The notes under the pieces were generated by a model. It ran no database searches and was not told where the DNA came from. It saw only the letters and a program-made list of their open reading frames with translations. Positions 1 to 10,845 of a stretch of DNA of 64,000 bases are shown piece by piece (positions within the stretch are counted from its first letter, which is position 1; each line of letters opens with the position of its first letter). The stretch is from Cetorhinus maximus (taxonomy: Eukaryota), in the NCBI RefSeq assembly GCF_964194155.1, contig NC_135883.1, forward strand, positions 53,196,001 through 53,260,000, given 5' to 3'. The position numbers and the translations under genes are program-made.

Positions 1-99
1 GGAGAACTCTTTGAAATAATTTAGAGAAGGCTCTATCAGCCCACAAATATGGGTTAGCTGAAAATCCAACTCCTTTCTGTATTTTCTCTTTGTCATCTC

Positions 100-1040
100 C
101 TTGCTGCTCCTCATTGCCTTCCTCCTATACTTGTTCTATTTTAATGCTGTTTTAGACAACAAAATTGTACACTATGAAATAGACTATGATGATAAAAAGA
201 TGTTTTGGCTGGGGTTTACTGTAAGACATTCTAGACAGAGCTCATAATTTGTATGCATCTACCAGATTCTTCAGTGAGCCTATGAGTACTCAGCAATGAC
301 ACTGTTGGATACATAAATCTCATTGTACACATGCTCTGCAGGTGCACAGAGCTGTTGTAGAGTTGTCATGAGCCCTGGTTCCAGAAGATGGCTTTCATCT
401 CCTAGGAGCTGACCTTGCACTGTTCTTTCTGCATCAAATAGTCGAGGCACGGTGGGCTGTTTTAAAATAAAAACGTCCAGGTTGCATTATGGGAAATAGA
501 AATCCATCTGCTTGACCTCACACAACTAGTCACAGACATGCTGCATATTGATGGCAACCCTTATATTTCATGAATTTTTATTGTATGCAGGAGCACAGAT
601 GGCTACACAAATGCCATCAATATTGTTCTGGACTTTGGGGAACACTGCATTGTAATAAAATGTAATTTCTGTATGCTTCAACAAAACTTCACTGGTTGTG
701 AGCACTTTGGGACGTCCTGAGGACACAAAAGATCTGACATAAGTGCAAGCTCTTTCAAGCTGATAGCCTGTGGGGAAAGTGGCAAAGTTGCTATTTCTGG
801 CAAAACAATGCATCTGTCACCCGTTTAAAACATCTGTGCACTACTAACTGACTGGAAGTTACCGTGTCTCCTGTGGCAGCCTGAAATAAGCCTGAAGCAC
901 AGAAATAGACAGCTACAGTGCCCTTAACAACCATAGGCAGTGCTGTGCTTATCCTGGAATTCACCTGTATATCAAATTACAGCATGTGCCAATATTTCAT
1001 CTTGGCCTGATGAATCTTAACCTCCACTATTCCTCAGTCT
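100..1040 (-). pseudogene. Ancient decayed Harbinger (HARBI1-like) transposase
   Basis: Minus-strand fragments: TALPMVVKGTVAVYFCASGLFQAATGD...VHRCFKRVTDALF; FPKVQNNIDGICVAICAPA (GAIDGTHV motif); VPRLF...LLGDESHLLEPGLMT...AEHVYN. An acidic tail-like purine tract sits near 70-130. Ends are approximate. Confidence 0.75.
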
Positions 1041-1169
1041 GCCTTTATTATAGTTGAAAGCATAAAAGCAGGTGTGTGTAGTGCTCGGAAAAAAAAACAT
1101 AAAATGACGGAGTTATTTTTAATACTTTTAGACACCTGACAATGAAGTATAATATGAGTCCCCCCAAGG

Positions 1170-1320
1170 ATCTATCTTTGATCCCCTCCTTTTTGTTATC
1201 TATAGGCTGCCCTTTGGAAACATGATCCAAAGGCAAGCTGTCAGGTTCCATATGTACACCAACAACATCCAGCTCTATCTCACTACCACCTCCTTCAACC
1301 CCTACACTGACTCTGGGTTA
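1170..1320 (+). repeat. Old L2/CR1-type RT remnant
   Basis: atgtacaccaacaacatccagctctatctc reads MYTNNIQLYL, a decayed YADDTQLYL motif. Confidence 0.4.
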
Positions 1321-1924
1321 TTTATGACATCTTTAATCTGCACACTTTCTTCACCAGCAGCAACTATCCTTTAATTGACATAAAGATGTACCTTTTTATA
1401 AGTCAACCTTGCAACTATAAAAGGACAGGGCAAGTTAAGGACTGCTGCATCTCAGGTGTAAAACAATAAATTATGTATTACACAGCAAAACCATCCTGTC
1501 ATTCGAAAACAGGGTACGACCTGACATACTATGAGCAATTTGCAGAGGATTTGTTAACATTAAAGAGCTCGGAAATGGTTCTCTTATTGGACCCAATTTC
1601 AGATTCCTACTAAAAGTGAATTCATGTTTTTCAAAAGGAGAACTGCTTTTTTGATTGTACACCAGTATGTTTGATGCTGCTGTTATCTGGTGTGGGTAAG
1701 AAACTGTGGTATGTAACTTCACATGCCTTCACATCTTTGTGAACATAAACATGATTAATCCAATGCAAACTGTATCTTCTGGTAAATTTATACACAGCAA
1801 TGGAAATGCAATAATTTTTCATCTTTGTAAAGGGCTCTGTCCCATAATGTACCTAAACATCTGTTCACAGACAATACCAGAAATGTTCCAATTTGTTCAG
1901 TCTTTGTCTCTCTGGATTACAAAC

Positions 1925-2052
1925 CTTAACTGATCTGCTCCAGCTCTGTACCTTGAGACTCGAGCCATCGACAAAGGGACTGATAAGGTATCTAGCCAAC
2001 GCTTTTCATATTTTGGTTCATTAGCTGAAGGTGAAGAAGGTGATGATGGTGC
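1925..2052 (-). CDS. SNTG2: Gamma-2-syntrophin coding exon (start of the C-terminal half of the split PH1 domain), 128 nt
   Basis: ctgtgcag|GCA CCA TCA...CAG TTA AG|gtttgt gives APSSPSSPSANEPKYEKRWLDTLSVPLSMARVSRYRAGADQL(R), matching recalled SNTG2 APSSPSSP...YEKRWLDTLSVPLSMARISRYKAG. Its phase-0 start joins the 60962-61053 exon directly in frame. Confidence 0.93.
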
Positions 2053-2438
2053 CTGCACAGAATAAATGAGAAGCGTCAGAAACACCATCTAATCTGAAAG
2101 CTACTACAGTGCATCTAGTATTGGCTTATGTCAGGAATAAATCACAGCACCTTACATTATTAATGTCCAGAATTCATAAATAACAAAATACACAGATGAA
2201 ATATAAAAAACAGAAACAACCCAGAGGGTTTTGACTGATGGCTATTATATCAACTAAAAAATCAGAAATGGATACTAACTAGCCTCTCTGCTGGTCTGGT
2301 GATATGTATTCATACATGAACATAAAGCTAATATATGAAATGTTTAATGCATTCTTTATTGAATTTCCCCATCACCATGTGGACAGGCTTTAAGTCAAGA
2401 TCCTTAGATAGAGAGAAGCTTAACCCATTTTGAGTTCA

Positions 2439-2782
2439 CTCTCTTTTCCAGAACGCTTTATCCAATTTAGGGTCGTAGAAAGGCAGAGCCTATCCCAACA
2501 GCCAATGGGCTCTAGGCAGGGTACACCCAGGACAGGACGCCAGTCCATCACAGGGCACACACCCACATGCACACGTACTGGGTGACAATTTACCATAGCA
2601 ATCCACCTAACCAGCACATCTTTGGACAGTGGGAAGAAAGCAGAGCACCTGGCAGAAACCCATGCAGACACAGGGAAGGCGTGCAAACTCCACACAGACA
2701 GACACTTGAGGTCAGGATCAAACTCGGGTCCCTGGAGCTGTCTGGCAGCAGCGCTAACCACTGCACCACCATGCCACTCTCG
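2439..2782 (-). mobile_element. tRNA-derived V-SINE with 11-bp TSD
   Basis: tRNA head (GGTGCAGTGGTTAGC...GAGTTTGATCC) and V-domain (GTGTGGAGTTTGCAC...TGGGTTTC...TCCAAAGATGTGC..GTTAGG). TSD ttttgagttca at 2428-2438 and 2783-2793. Confidence 0.85.
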
Positions 2783-3004
2783 TTTTGAGTTCAATGATAA
2801 GTTAAGTTTCTCCCACCACCCACCACTCCCATTTAGAATTAAATAACATAAAACTTATGGCTCAACATTGCAGCTTTTTTACAGCTCTGCAGTATAAAAA
2901 AAGCTTTGTCTTTAGTGAACTTCATCATCAGTCAACTATTGTCAAGGCTTTTGCTCTTCTGTTGGCTATTACATACTAAGGCCACGTCATATATTAACAT
3001 ACAT

Positions 3005-3428
3005 TCGAACAAGGAGCAGGAGTAGGTCATTCAGCCCCTCGAGCCTGCTCCGCCATTTAATAAGATCATGGCTGATCTGATAGTAACCTTAAATCTGCAT
3101 CCCGCCTACCCCCGATAACCTATCACCCCCTTGTTTACCAAGAATCTAATCACCTCTGCCTTAAAAACATTAAAAGACTCTGCTTCCACTGTCTTTTCAG
3201 GAAGAGCGTTCCAAAGACTCATGGCCCTCAGAGGAAAAAATTTGCCTCATCTCCGTTTTAAATGGGCGACCCCTTATTGTTAAACAGTGACCCCTAGTTC
3301 TAGACTCCCTCACAAGAGGAAACATCCTCTCCACATCCACCCTGTCAGGGTCTTATATGTTTCAATCAAATAGCCTCTTGCTCTTCTAAACTCTAGTGGA
3401 TACAAGCCTAACCTGTCCAATCTTTCTG
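3005..3428 (-). mobile_element. CR1 LINE 3' fragment
   Basis: Typical shark CR1 3' end (aggagcaggagtaggtcattcagcccctcgagcctgctccgccatt...gatcatggctgatc) followed by RT C-terminal sequence in antisense. Confidence 0.8.
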
Positions 3429-3725
3429 TACCCCAGCTTTATACAGAGATAGATCTGTCCTCATCAGTACTGTACCCCAGTGTTATACAGTGATAAACTG
3501 TCCCCACCAGTACTGTACCCGTGTTATACAGTGACAGACCTGTCCCTAACAGTACTGTACCTGTGTGTTATGCAGTGAGTCCTGTCCCCACTAGTACTAT
3601 ACCCCAGTGTTATTCAGTGACAGACCTGTCGCCACCAGTACTGTGCCCCAGTGTTATACAGTGACAGTCTTGTCCCAACCAGTATTGAACCCCAGTGTTA
3701 TACAATGACATACCCGTCCCCACCA
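3426..3725. repeat. Minisatellite, ~44-bp unit, ~7 diverged copies
   Basis: Tandem unit AGTACTGTACCCCAGTGTTATACAGTGACAGACCTGTCCCCACC. Confidence 0.9.
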
Positions 3726-4870
3726 GTCACAGCTCAAGATTGCGATACAGTTACTTAATTCAGGGATTATCTCACGCAAATTTTAATGCATTTTCTTTCT
3801 CAAGGCTTCAATTCCCCCTTCAGGTGCTCAACTTTCCGCAGATGTTGACCTTTTCTGCTGGTGGCCAGGTTACTTGACAATCACTTGGTGTAGACCAGTT
3901 ACAGACCATACCATCTACTGTCATTATAGCACCTGGCCTGACTAATTCAGTAAACTTAGATTCCTGTTAAAACATATGTGTGATATGTTACACATTATTA
4001 GATTCTGATAAGAAGTCAAGAAGGAATTAAATAAAAGCCTATAAAAGTCATAGAAGAACTCTGCACCTGTTGGTACGGACGGATATATGAATTAGGAGCA
4101 GGAGTAGGCTATTCAGCATCTCAAACCTGCTTTGCCATTTGATAAGATCGTGACTGATCTGATTGTGGCCTCCATTCTACTTTCCTGTCTATCCCCTATG
4201 CTCTTTGACTCCCTTGTCAATCAAGAATCCATCTAACTTAGCCTTAAAAATATTCAATGACCCTACCTCCACTGCCCTCTGAAGAAGAGAATTCTCCTAA
4301 CTAATGATCCTCTGAGAGAAAAAAAATTCTCCTCATCTCTGTCTTAAATGGGAGAGCCCCTTAGTTTTTAACTGTATCTCCTAATTCTAATCTCTCCCAC
4401 AAGGGGAAACATCCTTTCAGCATCCTTCCTGTCAAGTTCCCTCAGGATTGTATATGTTTCAATAAGATCACCTCTCATTCTTCTAAATGCCAATGGATAC
4501 AGGCCCAACCTTTCTTCATAAGAAAACCCCTTCATCCCAGGAATCAGTCAAGTGAACCTTCTCTGAACAGCTTCTAACGCAATTATACCCTTACTTAAGT
4601 AAGGAGACCAAATCTGTACACAGTACTCCAGATAAGGTCTCACCAGAGCCCTGTATAACTGTAGTAAAACGTATATTTTTATATTCCATTCCCCTTGCAA
4701 TAAACAACAGCATTCCATTTGCCTTCCTAATCACTTGCATACTAACTCTTGGTGATTCATGTACCAGGGCACCCAGGTCCCTCTGTACTGTATATTCTGC
4801 AATCTCTCTCCAGTTAAACATGCTGTTTTTCTACTCTTCCCAGCAAAGTGGACATGTTCACATTTTCCCA

Positions 4871-6545
4871 AAGGGGACAGTGCTATTGACTTGACGAGGC
4901 ATCGATGCCTTGGATGCCTAGCTGAATGTTCACTGCAGCAAAGCATCCCTGGTGTCCCTGCCTCCACGAAAGGTCCTCTCCTCTGCCTCGAGGTCCTCAC
5001 CGTGCGCCTCCCCAGGCTCTTCCTCTGAGCCATCACTTAAGTCATCCTCCATGGCCTGTGGAGCTGCCTCACTTTCCTCAGCCTCCATTGGGTCCGCCCC
5101 TTGCCAGAGCCAGGTTATGCAGAGTGCAACATGCAATCACTATGAGGGAAAAATGCTCTGGAGGATACTGCAATGCTCCCCCTGACCAGTCCAGGCATCT
5201 GAAGCTCATCTTCAGCAGCCCGATGGTCCTCTCCAGCATTGTGGAGGCATGACTCCTGTTGTATCTCTCCTCGGCCTCAGTTGTTGGGTGAGTGGGGTCA
5301 TCCAGCCACCTCTTCAAGGGATAGCCCTTGTCACCCAGGTGCCATCCATCCACTCGTGCAGGAGCCACGAGCAGCCTTGGTACCTGCGAGTGCCGCAAGA
5401 CGTAAGCATCGTGTGAGCTCCCAGCACGAACTTGGAGAATCTGTGTCCTGTGGTCTGAAAGTTCATTGAGTGGAACCCCTTTCTGTTTACGAAAACTCCA
5501 GGCTCACCTGCTGGCACCTTGATGGCCACATGAGTGCAATCTATTACACCCTGGATGCAGGGAAACTCAGCCATTGCAGTGAAGCCTTGTGCTCTTTCCA
5601 CCTGGCTTGCCTTGTCTGTCCTGAAGTGAATGAACGTGCAGATGTGTCTAAAGATAGCATCAGTCATGAGCTTGACACAACTGTGTGCAGCTGATTGAGC
5701 AACGACACTGAGCCCTGAAAAGAACCAGAAGCAGAGAAGTTGAGGGCCACTGTGACCTTCAAAGCCATGGAGTGTCCGCCCACACAGTTGGAGGTGATTT
5801 CCAGGCCTATCATGTGACATATTGCTGTCACTGTGTCCCTGGAGAGGCGGAGTCTCCTGTGGCACTGGACCGTGGACATCTGGAGGTAGTTGGAACGCTG
5901 TCTGAACACTCTACCTGCTGGGTAGTGGCACATTCAGCATGCCCTCCCGCCTTGGCCATCCTGCTGGCTCTGCACTCTTAAAGGTCTGTACCCGGGCCGC
6001 TGCCTGCGTCCACCTGGCCTCCTCTCCTCCTCTTCAGAGGAGGTTCCTCCAGTGGAATACACTATCCCCATTAGATGGGATGCAGAGGACCAGTGCCTTG
6101 GAAATGAAGGAGCACTATGCTGCAATACTCAGGGGAACCTTCCAGAGAAAGTGAGGACCTGAGTTGCGGAAAGGCAGGTTTGACAATCAAATGAGATGTC
6201 AAGAAACTCAAGGACAACTCTGTATTCACACAGCAAAAAACTGGCAATGACAGAGAAGGTGCTGCTGCTCCAGGGACCTCTATCCCACCCGTGGATGAGG
6301 AAATGATTAAAACGTGAATTCCGTCCACCCGTTTTGCCAGTGTGATGGGCTGAAAAGCACACAAGCAACGTAAAATTATGGTCAACAGGTTTTTTAATGA
6401 CCCTTTAATTGTTGGCGGGCACTGCTCTGACTCCTGTGCGTGTCTGCCAACCTCAATATTGCATGCGTGCATGATGACATTGGGATGCATGCCCAGCGTC
6501 CTTTTGCACAATTTCACGTGTGTTCAGGTTGAGCGCATGCCCTAC
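4871..6545 (-). mobile_element. Harbinger transposon, transposase-side half (TIR lost)
   Basis: Contains the whole transposase pseudogene plus ~470 bp of upstream subterminal sequence that resembles one end of the local MITEs. Confidence 0.8.
4918..6071 (-). pseudogene. Harbinger/HARBI1-like DDE transposase, frameshifted
   Basis: MGIVYSTGGTSSEEEERR...RVFRQRSNYLQMS..QCHRRLRLSRDTV...KVTVALNF.ASGSFQ...[20 protein letters not shown]...[11 protein letters not shown]...[15 protein letters not shown]...CCTLHNLAL, spread over several frames. Confidence 0.9.
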
Positions 6546-6670
6546 GGGTTCCCCTTTATCCAAGTTGTTTGCTACTTCCTCAAAGAGCTCTAGTCAAACA
6601 TGATTTCCCTGTCACAAAACCATGTTGACTCTGCCTGATTGCGTTATTGTCTTTCAAGTGCCCTGCTATA

Positions 6671-7366
6671 GGCCAGGATTTTCCCCTCGGCGATTTGGGG
6701 GCGGAGCCCGCTCGCAAGGGGAAAATGACACGGGATGACGTTGGGAGGAATCCCCGACGTCATCCCGGTCCCTTTAAAATTTTAGGAAGGCGGGCGGACA
6801 GTGAAATCAGCTGTCCACCTGCCGACCTGTCAATGGCCAATTGAGGCCATTGACAGGCTCATTATGATAATTAAAGACCTGCCCATTCAACCTTAAGGCT
6901 GGTGGGCAGGCCAGGAGCCCCAGCGGGCTCCTGATAATACATGAAACCTCATCCACTGGCGGGATGAACTTTCATGTCCGTTTTTTAAACATTTAATACA
7001 TTTTATGTGTTTATTATTAACATGTCCTATCTCGTGTGACATTGTCACATGAGGGGGACATGTTAATAATTTCAATATTTATCTATTTTTAGACTTTACT
7101 TGCCTGTCACTAATCTCCCCGAGACAGGACTTTCCCTCAGGGAGCAGCGCGCATGCACGAAAGAGCGCACTTTGACAGTTGGGGGAGTCCCTCCCCCCCG
7201 GAACAGGAAGCACATAGCGCTTCCTGTCGGGCAGGCCACTGGGCAGGCCTTAAGTGGCCCGCCTACTCAAAATGGCGGCGGGCCTCGTTTCGGTGGCGGG
7301 GGTCGGCTGTCCGCCCGCCGCTGAGATGTTGGGGCCCGCATGCCATGCAAGGGCAAATTTCTGCCC
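6671..7366. mobile_element. Harbinger-derived MITE (~700 bp), TSD ATA
   Basis: TIRs GGCCAGGATTTTCCC and GGGCAAATTTCTGCCC. ATA is duplicated at 6668-6670 and 7367-7369. Inserted in CR1. Confidence 0.85.
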
Positions 7367-8111
7367 ATAATCTTCTCAAAAATAGAATCTAGAGTTTTCC
7401 CTATGGCAGACTTTCAGCTAACTGGCCTGTAGTTTCCTGATTTCTCTCTCCATCTTTTCTTGAATAGGAGAGAGACATTTGCTATTTTCCAGTCTGATGG
7501 GTCCTTTCCAGAATTCAGACGATTTTAGAAAATTACAACCATTGTACCCATTATATCAGCAGCCACTCCTTTAAAGAACCTCGGATACAGACCATCAGGT
7601 CCTGGGGCATGTCAGCCTTTAATTCAAATAGTTTTCCCAGCATCCTTTCCCTGGTGATTGTTTTAAGTTTCCCTCTCCCTTTCATCTCTTGATTTACAAG
7701 TATTTCTGGGGTATTATTTGTGTCTTCTGCAATGAAGACAGACAGAAAATATCTGTTCAAATCTTTCGCCATTTCCTTATTTCCCATTATTAATTCCCCA
7801 GACTCACTCTCGAGAGGATCAACGCTCTTTGGTTACTCTTTTCCTTTTTAAATATTTGCAGAAACACTATCTGCTCTAGCTAGCTTTCTCTTGTACTCTA
7901 ATTTTTCCCTCATTTTTTTTTTTGGCATTCTTTGCTGGCTTTTAAATTCTGTCTCTTCTGACCTACCACTATATCTTTGCATAATTGTATCCTTTCTCTT
8001 TCAATTTGATACCATCCTTAACTTCCTTAGTTAGCCATGGATGGTGCACCCTTCTACTAGAGCCTTTCTTTCTCACTGGAATGTATCTTTGCTTAATGTT
8101 ATGAAATATCT

Positions 8112-8743
8112 CCTTGCCTTTATCAATCGAGGCATAGATTACAAAATTAGGGAGGTCATGTTGGAGTTGTATAGAACCTTAGTGAGGCCACAGCTGGAGT
8201 ACTGTGTGCACTTCTGGTCGCTACATTATAGGAAGGATGTGATTGCACTGGAGGGGGTGCAGAGGAGATTCACCAGGATGTTGCCTGGGATGAAACATTT
8301 AAGTTATGAAGAGAGGTTGGATAGACTTGGGTTGTTTTCGTTGGAGCAGAGAAGACTGAGGGGCGACCTGATCGAGGTGTTCAAGATTATGAGGGGCATG
8401 GACAGGGTGGATAGGGAGCAGCTGTTCCCCTTAGTTGAAGGGTCAGTCACAAGGGGGCATAAGTTCAAGGTGAGGGGCAGGAGGTTTAGGGGGGATGTGA
8501 GGAAAAACTTTTTTAACCAGAGGGTGGTGACAGTCTGGAATGCACCGCCTGGGAGGGTGGTGGAGGCGGGTTGCCTCACATCCTTTAAAAAGTACCTAGA
8601 TGAGCACTTGGCATGTCACAACATTCAAGGCTATGGGCCAAGTGCTGGTAAATGGGATTAGGTAGGTAGGTCAGGTGTTTCTCATGTGTCGGTGCAGACT
8701 TGATGGGCCGAAGGGCCTCTTCTGCACTGATTCTGTGATTCTG
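8112..8743 (+). mobile_element. Young 5'-truncated CR1 (RT C-terminus open to 8661), nested in an older CR1
   Basis: LYRTLVRPQLEYCVHFWS...LEQRRLRGDLIEVFKI...FFNQRVV..WN. Tail (attctgtg)n. TSD tgaaatatct at 8102-8111 and 8744-8753. Confidence 0.9.
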
Positions 8744-9221
8744 TGAAATATCTGCCATTGCATCTCTACTGTCTTACCTTTTAACCTCATTTTCCAGTTT
8801 GCTTTAGCCAGCTCCGTCTTAATACCCTTGTAATTGCCTTTATTTAAGATTAAAACACTAGTTTCAGACCCATACTTCTCACCCCCGAAAGAATGTACAG
8901 TTGTATGAAACTGCCATCATGTTACATGTATCAACTGGAGAAACACATGTACACCATAGCCAATACTGTTTTGAGTGGGCTTGAAAACACTTCAAAAGTT
9001 AAACATTTAATTCCAAAGCAGCTGTGATGTATTTTACCATGTTGTGTAAAAATCTATATTATTATTGAGTAACACCCTTCCATGTTTATGAGACAAAAAT
9101 AATAATAATGAATAATTTAATTAATGTTAAACATGATTATGCAAGTATATTAAATAATGGAAAAAGAGCACACTTTACAAATTAAAACCTTTCTGACAGT
9201 TGCTTTCAAGGTTATTGACAT

Positions 9222-10250
9222 GAGAACATATAAGAAATAGGAACAGGAGTGGACCATTCGGCCCCTTGAGCCTGCTCCGCCATCCAATAAGATCATGGCT
9301 GATCTTCACGTGTTTCAATTTCCACATTCCCATCTAACCCTAATAACCTTTGATTCCCTTGCTTAACAAGAACCTAACTACCTCTGCCTTAAAAATATTC
9401 AATGACCCTGCTTCCACCACCTTCTGAGGCAGAGAATTCCAAAGTTGCACAACCTTCTGAGAGAAAAACATTTCTCCTCATCTCTGTCCTAAAAGGGCAA
9501 CCCCTAATTTTAAAACAGTGTCCCCTAGTTCTGGACTCCCCCACAAGAGGAACATCGTTTTGACGTCCACCTTGTCAAGGCCATTCAGGATCTTGTATAC
9601 TTCAATCAAATCACCCCTCACTCTTCTAAACTGCAGTGGAAACAAGCCCAGTCTGTTCAACCTTTCCTCATAAGACAACTCACTCATTCCAGGTATCAAT
9701 CTAGTGAACCTCCTTTGAACTGCCTTCAATGTGTTTACATCCTTCCTTAAATAAGGAGACCAAAACTGCACATAATATTCAAGGTGTGGTCTCACCGATG
9801 CCCTGTATAACTGAAGTATAACATCCTCACTTTTACGTTCAATCCCTCTCGTAATAAAGGTTAGCATTCCATTAGCCTTCTTAATTACTTGCTCTACCTG
9901 AATTCTAACTTTTTGTTACTCATGTACTAGAACATCTAGCTCCCTCCGCACCTCAGAATTATGCAACCATTCTCCATTTAAGTAATACTCTACTTTTTTG
10001 ATCTTCCTGCCAAAGTGAACAACTTCACATTTTCCCACATTAACCTCCATTTTCCAGATCTTTGCCCACTCAACCTATCTACATCCATCGGCAACCTCCT
10101 CTTGTCCTTTTCACAACATACTTTCCGCCCTATATTTGTGTCATCTGCAAATTTGTCTACCATGTCTTCACTTCCCTCATCTAAGTCATCGATGTAAATC
10201 TTAAAAAGTTGAGGCCCCAGTACGGACCCCTGTGGGACGCCACTCCCATC
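9222..10250 (-). mobile_element. CR1 LINE 3' ~1 kb
   Basis: SGVPQGSVLGPQLF.IYIDDLD..KFADDT and VRPHLEYYVQFWSPYLRKD, plus the CR1 3' UTR. Confidence 0.88.
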
Positions 10251-10471
10251 AATCACCCTCTGCAAGTACTGCAGTTCAAAATGCACATTTTAGTTGTGAA
10301 ACAGCACTCTGTGAGCTGATTAGAATATGTGTCATTGCTGGCTGTTTTAATATCATTCAGGTCCTATAATTGCAGCCTTAAAAAGACTTTTTTTAATATT
10401 TGAAGCTGTGAATGGATTTGATCCTGTAATCCATTTTAAATCTAGCTTTTCATCCATCAATCTAACAGCAA

Positions 10472-10845
10472 GGGCAGGATTTTCCCGTCAGCGAGGGCGG
10501 GGGGGCGGGGGGGGTGGGGGGGCGCCTGCTCGCCGATACTTAAAATGACGCGCGGTGATGTCGGGTGGAACTCCCGATGTCACTGCGCCCCATTTAAATT
10601 TTCAGGTAGGCGGGGGTGCAGCAAAATCAGCTGTGCGCCCGCCGACCTGTCAATGGCCAATTGAGGTCATTGACAGAGTCATTGAAGTAATTAATGGACC
10701 TGCCCGTCCAACCTTAAGGTTGACGGCAATCTTGCCTTAATTGGCCCGCCCACGTAAAAGGGCAGTGCAACCCCAATCGGGGGCCCCAATCAGAGGCACG
10801 CCTATACTTCAACTTCCCCCCCCCGACGGAGGGAAAATCCTGCCT
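10472..10845. mobile_element. Internally deleted Harbinger MITE
   Basis: TIRs GGGCAGGATTTTCCC and GGGAAAATCCTGCCT. The body is homologous to 6671-6900. Flanks are caa/cag. Confidence 0.8.

Larger units (their letters stand above)
4085..8885 (-). mobile_element. CR1 LINE, fragmented by nested insertions (Harbinger, MITE, younger CR1)
   Basis: CR1 ORF2 pieces on the minus strand at ~4085-4870, 6546-6670, 7367-8110 and 8745-8885 (QRDLGALVHES, KANGML.FIARG, MGNKEMAKDLNRYF). Confidence 0.75.

Noticed and set aside
285-456. Apparent next SNTG2 exon (aaaacag|CCCACCGTGCC..., minus strand)
   Set aside because: The translation matches Harbinger transposase (VPRLF..LLGD..LMT..AE..YN), not the expected SNTG2 continuation (WNAFEV...). 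The next exon must lie outside the window.
1952-2052. Shorter version of the exon using donor AAG|gtacag at 1951
   Set aside because: Similarity to SNTG2 continues through YRAGADQLR to the donor at 1924. It remains possible only as a minor in-frame alternative donor.
2700-2780. tRNA gene
   Set aside because: The A/B boxes belong to the SINE head and are followed by a V-domain and tail.
3426-3725. CRISPR-like array
   Set aside because: Head-to-tail tandem units with no unique spacers, in vertebrate DNA.
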